Shown here in pieces: positions 59,523-64,000 of a DNA stretch of 64,000 nucleotides. Each line of letters begins with the position of its first letter. Within the stretch, counting starts at the first letter, position 1. The notes beneath the pieces are model-generated. The model was not told the DNA's origin, made no database searches, and worked only from the letters and a program-made list of their open reading frames with translations. Origin of the DNA: an uncultured Candidatus Saccharibacteria bacterium (lineage in GTDB: Bacteria > Patescibacteriota > Saccharimonadia > Saccharimonadales > JAGQNJ01); NCBI GenBank assembly GCA_964602865.1, contig CAZRSX010000002.1:46872-110871 (forward strand), in the 5' to 3' direction. The position numbers and the translations under genes are program-made.

Positions 59523-59743
59523 CGCTGGCTGAGATTTTTTAGGGCTTTTTTATGGCGCTTTATAAGTTTTTGCGTCAGCTCCACTACTTCTGCTTTTTGC
59601 TCAACTGGCGTAGCTGGCTTTTTGTAGTTAACTTGCAGCTCATCACCCTGCTTGATACCCAACTGGCGGGCATCTTTGGCCGGAATAGTCACAGCCAAGC
59701 TGTCACCGACTTTGATTACTTTTTGGGTAGATGTAATAGTCAT
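59519..59743 (-). CDS. AbrB/MazE-type antitoxin (Phd functional analogue)
   Basis: SpoVT/AbrB swapped hairpin VIKVGDSLAVTIPAKDARQLGIKQGDEL. Confidence 0.7.
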   Translation of the reverse strand: MTITSTQKVIKVGDSLAVTIPAKDARQLGIKQGDELQVNYKKPATPVEQKAEVVELTQKLIKRHKKALKNLSQR

Positions 59744-59809
59744 ATTGTCATCGTAGCATAAGCAGAAAAATATTACAATATTATTATAATATCTCTTGAC
59801 TTTTGTGCG

Positions 59810-60055
59810 CTACTTTTGCCAGATATTTTTTACACTACCAAGGACAAGTGTTGACAGCAAAAAACCGACTGCAGGAACCAGTGCATTGATAAAGGGTTTG
59901 TCATTGTTTATGAGGAACAGATAGCCGACGACCACACCGTATGTCAGCACTGTTATGCTGAGCCGCCGCGTCCAGCTGGTTTCCCAGGCTTTGTCTAGCT
60001 CAACCTTTTTGTTACGTTTTTCAATTGCCGCAATTCGCTTTTCAAGATCGTTCAT
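59810..60055 (-). CDS. small membrane protein
   Basis: 81 aa, coiled N-terminus plus 2 TM. Confidence 0.45.
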   Translation of the reverse strand: MNDLEKRIAAIEKRNKKVELDKAWETSWTRRLSITVLTYGVVVGYLFLINNDKPFINALVPAVGFLLSTLVLGSVKNIWQK

Positions 60056-60076
60056 ATTGAACTCATTGTAGCAGGT

Positions 60077-60469
60077 TTAGGCTTCAGTATTTTCGATGAT
60101 TGTTTTTAGGTCTTCGAGCGTTTCTTGGCTAAATGTATCGTCTAACTCTCCCTCATTAACCCATTCGAAATATTCGAGTTCGCAGGCATTTTCGCCTTTT
60201 GGCGTAAAGGTGTAGCGAACATTGTAGTCTCCGCCCTCGCGCGACAAAGCAAAAAGTTTGTTGGGCTCGAGCTCACTTACTTTGTATTTGTTCCACGTTC
60301 CTTGCTTACCCTTGTTCTCGTAAATCGTCCCGAGTTTGATTGGCCACTCGCTCGTTTTTTCTTCTACAATGCCATCAATCCACTTTGGTGTGTTATTGGG
60401 ATTCGTGGAAAACTCAAAAACTACCCCAACTGGTTTATTGATTAGAATCGTGTACTTCGCCTCTTTCAT
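60077..60469 (-). CDS. SRPBCC-like (AHSA1/polyketide cyclase fold) protein
   Basis: about 130-aa beta-rich pattern; ATG 60469 preferred. Confidence 0.4.
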   Translation of the reverse strand: MKEAKYTILINKPVGVVFEFSTNPNNTPKWIDGIVEEKTSEWPIKLGTIYENKGKQGTWNKYKVSELEPNKLFALSREGGDYNVRYTFTPKGENACELEYFEWVNEGELDDTFSQETLEDLKTIIENTEA

Positions 60470-60489
60470 CTCAGCCTCAATTGTAGCAT

Positions 60490-61191
60490 TTATTGTTCTA
60501 TCCAGTCTGGGTAGTCGCCGCGCCACTGTTTTATATGACTAATGCCGATCCTCTCTAACTGCAAATGATCAGGAGCCTCAATAACATAACGGATTGTTTG
60601 CGCAAGTTCCTCAGGTGTTACCATGCCGCTCGGCTCTTCAATACCATAGGTATTAACGCCCCATGGCTCAACGGTCACGGCTCGAATACCCAGTGGGTTA
60701 CATTCTGCACGTAGCACCTGAGAAAGTGTGGAAAGTCCGGCTTTTGCCGCGCTGTACATTGCTTCGCCGGGATACACTGGATGCGCAGCCTGTGAAGAAA
60801 TATTGATAATAATTGGCGCTTTTGCTTTTTTAAGAACCGGGAGCAATCCATGCGTAAGCCGGGCTGGTGCTGCAAAATTCAAATCAACTTGTTCGAATAG
60901 TTCGTCTGCGCTCATTTTTGCAAAAGGTTTACCCAGCCAAACGCCAGCGTTGTTAATCAAAACATCAACTGCACTCTTTTTGATATCGGCAATGAATTGA
61001 TCGAGTTCCTTGCGATCTTTTAAATTAACCTTGCGGAATGTTACGTTAGAGTACTGCTCGGAAATGCTGTCTGCGACCTTGTCGCTGGAATAATACGTTG
61101 CGATAACTTCGTAATCGTTCTTAGCGAGCCCCTCAACAATAGCCTTGCCAATTCCCCGCGCCCCGCCTGTGATTAAAACCTTCTTCTTCAT
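60490..61191 (-). CDS. SDR family oxidoreductase
   Basis: TGGARGIGKAI, NNAG, YSAAK catalytic YxxxK. Confidence 0.85.
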   Translation of the reverse strand: MKKKVLITGGARGIGKAIVEGLAKNDYEVIATYYSSDKVADSISEQYSNVTFRKVNLKDRKELDQFIADIKKSAVDVLINNAGVWLGKPFAKMSADELFEQVDLNFAAPARLTHGLLPVLKKAKAPIIINISSQAAHPVYPGEAMYSAAKAGLSTLSQVLRAECNPLGIRAVTVEPWGVNTYGIEEPSGMVTPEELAQTIRYVIEAPDHLQLERIGISHIKQWRGDYPDWIEQ

Positions 61192-61213
61192 TCTAATGCA
61201 AATTATATCCTGT

Positions 61214-61840
61214 TTAGATTATCGTCTTTATCTTCTCGGCTAGTGCTTTGCCAAGTTTTAGATTATTTTCAGCATCCAGGTGCACACCGTCTTCTTGGCA
61301 AGTCGTCACAACTTGAGCGGAGTCAAAAAACTGGGCATTGCGAGACTGGGCTTTTTGTGCGTATAGCTTGGCAAACTTGTGCGTTTTTTTGGCAGCACCT
61401 TCAAACATGCTGTCACCCTTCAAGAATTGTTCCTGGATAACTGGTGGTGCCACTAACAAAACTTTTGGAACATTCATCCCAAACTCTTTACACCAATCAT
61501 TTAGATTAGCAAAGTAATCATCAAGTCCGCCTGCTATATCTTCGGCAGTTTTGTTGGCGCGTGAGTTAGTATCATTGGAGCCCAGAAATATAACCAGCAG
61601 ATCGAGTGGTAAGTGGCTCGCAAGTATTGGGCCAAACTGTACTAAACCGTCACGATCACGAACAAATAGATTCTCACCTTTCAGCATGCGGGCACGCAAT
61701 CCTTCCTCAATTAGCTCATATTCTCTACCTAGGTGCTTTTGGGCAACTTTTGTAAAGCGCGTGTTTTCGTCAAATCGATTGAACGACTTGGCAACCCTGC
61801 CCCAAGTTAGCGAATCACCATAAATCAGAACTCTTTTCAT
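61214..61840 (-). CDS. SGNH/GDSL hydrolase
   Basis: block I LIYGDSLTWG. Confidence 0.75.
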   Translation of the reverse strand: MKRVLIYGDSLTWGRVAKSFNRFDENTRFTKVAQKHLGREYELIEEGLRARMLKGENLFVRDRDGLVQFGPILASHLPLDLLVIFLGSNDTNSRANKTAEDIAGGLDDYFANLNDWCKEFGMNVPKVLLVAPPVIQEQFLKGDSMFEGAAKKTHKFAKLYAQKAQSRNAQFFDSAQVVTTCQEDGVHLDAENNLKLGKALAEKIKTII

Positions 61841-61842
61841 AT

Positions 61843-62328
61843 CTACTCAATTGTAGCAGGTTTGGTGTGGTCGTAGCCAAAGAATAACAGATGACGCACA
61901 CCATCTGAATTTTGTGGCGGTGTCACCCGGTGTTTTACTACCGGATCCATAACAATCAGCGTATTCTCTCTACACTCAATTCCCTCTTCTCCCGCATGTG
62001 TTTCAACAAATAGAGTCGCCTCGCCATCCAAGCTACACAGCTCAATTGTTTCGGCCGCAAACTGATCCGGATCTGGATGTGGTGAGTAAGCGCCGCTCGG
62101 TACCTCATCATCGAGTCGATAGCGCTTCAGTATCGCCGTGTTCATCACAGCCCCAGTGATTTCTTTTATATAGTCGGCTGCGCTTAAAATCCTACTCGGG
62201 CATTGGCGAGATAGATCGAAGCTCTGTTTACGTTCACCTTGTTCGTGCGCAAAGTCTTGCAAGCCACCCAAAATATGCTCAGGAAAAACATTTCTAACAA
62301 TCAGTAACTCGCCAGTTCCGACCTTCAT
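61843..62328 (-). CDS. hypothetical protein (possible cupin/2OG-oxygenase-like HxD...H)
   Basis: 161 aa; HPDPD and later His; C-terminal codons KPATIE are themselves the AAACCTGCTACAAT module. Confidence 0.4.
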   Translation of the reverse strand: MKVGTGELLIVRNVFPEHILGGLQDFAHEQGERKQSFDLSRQCPSRILSAADYIKEITGAVMNTAILKRYRLDDEVPSGAYSPHPDPDQFAAETIELCSLDGEATLFVETHAGEEGIECRENTLIVMDPVVKHRVTPPQNSDGVRHLLFFGYDHTKPATIE

Positions 62329-62354
62329 CTTGGCTCAATTGTAACAGATTTAGC

Positions 62355-62909
62355 TTACCGGAGGACTTTGTATAGTTCAGGTCTGCCGTGATTGAGTGGC
62401 ACGAGTATCATGCCAAGAGCTTCTCGTGACTCGTCAAATGGGGAGCTTAGTGCTGCACCGCCAATCATTACATGTAAACCGGCCTCTGTTTTGTAACGCT
62501 CCACATCTTGGAGCGCCCCTTCCTCAAAAGGTACGTCAAACCAGTCTTCAACGCACATGCCAAAAAAATCACCGCTGATTTCTGAACTGCCATCAAGAAC
62601 ACCGAAACTACCTTCCGGCCCAAGAAACGAACGTGGCTCTCGAACTAAAACCTCGTCTCCGGAATGTATATCAAGTATGGATGTTACGTTGTTAGCAAAT
62701 TCGGCCGTCAATTGTTCCCAGTCGCGCTCCACCCTCATGTCGGTTAGCGCCACAAGCATCGCTTGCAAGTACTCCAATAGCATTTCTCTGTTTGGTAAAA
62801 CCGGTTCTAGAGCATAAGGATTGCACGCTGCGGCCTTTTCCGCTTCAGCTATCTCCTCTGGACTAAAACTACCTTGTAAAATACGGCTAAAATCTTCATC
62901 TGCACTCAT
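62355..62909 (-). CDS. hypothetical acidic protein
   Basis: 184 aa, no motif recognised. Confidence 0.45.
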   Translation of the reverse strand: MSADEDFSRILQGSFSPEEIAEAEKAAACNPYALEPVLPNREMLLEYLQAMLVALTDMRVERDWEQLTAEFANNVTSILDIHSGDEVLVREPRSFLGPEGSFGVLDGSSEISGDFFGMCVEDWFDVPFEEGALQDVERYKTEAGLHVMIGGAALSSPFDESREALGMILVPLNHGRPELYKVLR

Positions 62910-62956
62910 AGTTTGCTATGTTACAGAAATTATTGCAAAATAAAAATTGCTAATGC

Positions 62957-63463
62957 TTACAGCGGACCGTCTAAATATTTCTTGACCTGTTTTCGGTTTT
63001 TGAATACAACCATGGTTTTATCCTTATTCTTTTCCAATGCCTCTGTGACCTTGTGGCGTGAATTTTTGTTGAAGCTCCAAACATACTTTAAAAATGTCAG
63101 GTCGGCTTTTTCTTTCCAGTCACTTGGCATATCTTCGCGAAATTTCTTCCGGTATTGCATTCGGCGTTTGAGCGCGCCATACAGTGATGTTCGCCTAGGA
63201 AAATCAAAGAATATAATTGTATCTGCCCTCTTAAATCTTGAATCAAAAGTAGACTTGTAATTACCATCCATGATCCACATGTCTCGCTGTATGAGTTCGT
63301 TGACCTTTTTAATCCACGCATCGCTGTTGTTATAAAAATCGTATTTCTTTTGGTGATAATAGTAATCTAGATGAACGACAGGCAATTTCGTTTTTTCTGC
63401 AAGCTTGCGTACAAATGTCGTCTTGCCCGCTCCCGGACACCCAACAACAGCAATTCTCTTCAT
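62957..63463 (-). CDS. P-loop NTPase of adenylate-kinase-like / topology-modulation type
   Basis: IAVVGCPGAGKTTFVRKLA. Confidence 0.7.
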   Translation of the reverse strand: MKRIAVVGCPGAGKTTFVRKLAEKTKLPVVHLDYYYHQKKYDFYNNSDAWIKKVNELIQRDMWIMDGNYKSTFDSRFKRADTIIFFDFPRRTSLYGALKRRMQYRKKFREDMPSDWKEKADLTFLKYVWSFNKNSRHKVTEALEKNKDKTMVVFKNRKQVKKYLDGPL

Positions 63464-63481
63464 ATAAAAATTCTAGCAAGT

Positions 63482-64000
63482 TTAGGCTGTAAGAGATTTG
63501 AGTAGTTCAGAGATTTTTAGGCGTTCTTGTTTGGTGGTGTCGCGGTTGCGCAGGGTGACGGTGTCGTCTTCCAGCGTATCAAAATCTATGGTAACGCAGT
63601 ACGGCGTACCGATTTCATCTTGGCGGCGGTAACGCTTGCCGATGTTGCCGTTGTCATCAAACTCACATGCCATGCTCTGTGATAGCGCTTCATACACGTC
63701 GCGGGCTTTTTTGACCAGCTCTGGTTTATTCTTGAGCAGCGGAAATACCGCGACTTTAACGGGCGCCAGCTTCGGATCGAGTTTTAGTACGGTACGCGTT
63801 TCGCCCTCAATCTTTTCGACAGTGTAGGCATCTGACAGCACCGCCAGAAACGCCCGACCCATGCCCATCGAGGTTTCCAGCACCCAGGGAATATACTTCT
63901 CCCCTGTTTGCGGGTCGGTGTAATGAAGATCCGTGCCAGAAAACTTTTCGTGCTGACTTAGATCGTAATCAGTCCGGTCATGAACGCCCTCAACTTCGTC
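63482..64000 (-). CDS. glyQS: glycyl-tRNA synthetase, C-terminal anticodon-binding part (gene continues beyond window)
   Basis: GKRYRRQDEIGTPYCVTIDFDT class II anticodon-binding domain; ORF open to window edge. Confidence 0.75.
   Translation of the reverse strand, partial: DEVEGVHDRTDYDLSQHEKFSGTDLHYTDPQTGEKYIPWVLETSMGMGRAFLAVLSDAYTVEKIEGETRTVLKLDPKLAPVKVAVFPLLKNKPELVKKARDVYEALSQSMACEFDDNGNIGKRYRRQDEIGTPYCVTIDFDTLEDDTVTLRNRDTTKQERLKISELLKSLTA

Overview
This 64 kb window looks like chromosomal DNA from a small-genome bacterium. It is tightly packed, with about 50% GC and mostly TAA stop codons. Many genes sit behind extended -10 promoters (TGnTAYAAT) only 1-10 nt from the start codon, which implies leaderless mRNAs. 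The gene mix resembles Patescibacteria/Saccharibacteria (DUF3048, Pif1 helicase, minimal dcw cluster), but the window also carries a de novo purine pathway. That lineage call is inference only.

Recognisable content, in order:
- gltX, a DUF3048 gene and two histidine kinase / response regulator pairs. One regulator carries a roughly 320-aa Pro/Thr-rich tail.
- umuD-like and umuC (error-prone polymerase).
- A purine biosynthesis locus of purN-like, purSL fusion, purQ, purM, purE, purK, purC, purB and an archaeal-type purO. purM appears frameshifted. Two paralogous AAA_28 P-loop kinases flank part of the locus.
- One tRNA-Glu(CUC), then rluB-like, der, pth, dprA, a Fic protein and topA.
- A minimal division/cell-wall cluster on the minus strand (mraZ-rsmH-ftsL-ftsI-mraY-ftsW-murG-ftsQ) with an MraZ-type operator of four GTGGG repeats.
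- A LysM protein, a GH1 beta-glucosidase, an AlkD-like / NYN / Pif1-like helicase trio, def, two transporters, a TrmB regulator and a Doc/AbrB toxin-antitoxin pair.
- An array of small minus-strand genes (55-63.5 kb), each preceded by a near-identical 17-nt module CCTAAACCTGCTACAAT. The window ends inside glyQS.

Features not explained by the genes:
- Two palindromic elements of about 168 bp with perfect 17-20 bp terminal inverted repeats, both starting TAGAAC.
- A roughly 400-bp highly structured intergenic region between pth-neighbour and dprA.
- A 16-bp copy of the tRNA-Glu 3' end repeated 165 bp downstream.
- A small ribbon-helix-helix (MobC-like) ORF plus an AT-rich repeat-flanked region next to ftsQ.

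No rRNA, CRISPR array or intact IS/transposase was seen. The ncRNA and mobile-element calls are hypotheses to be tested.
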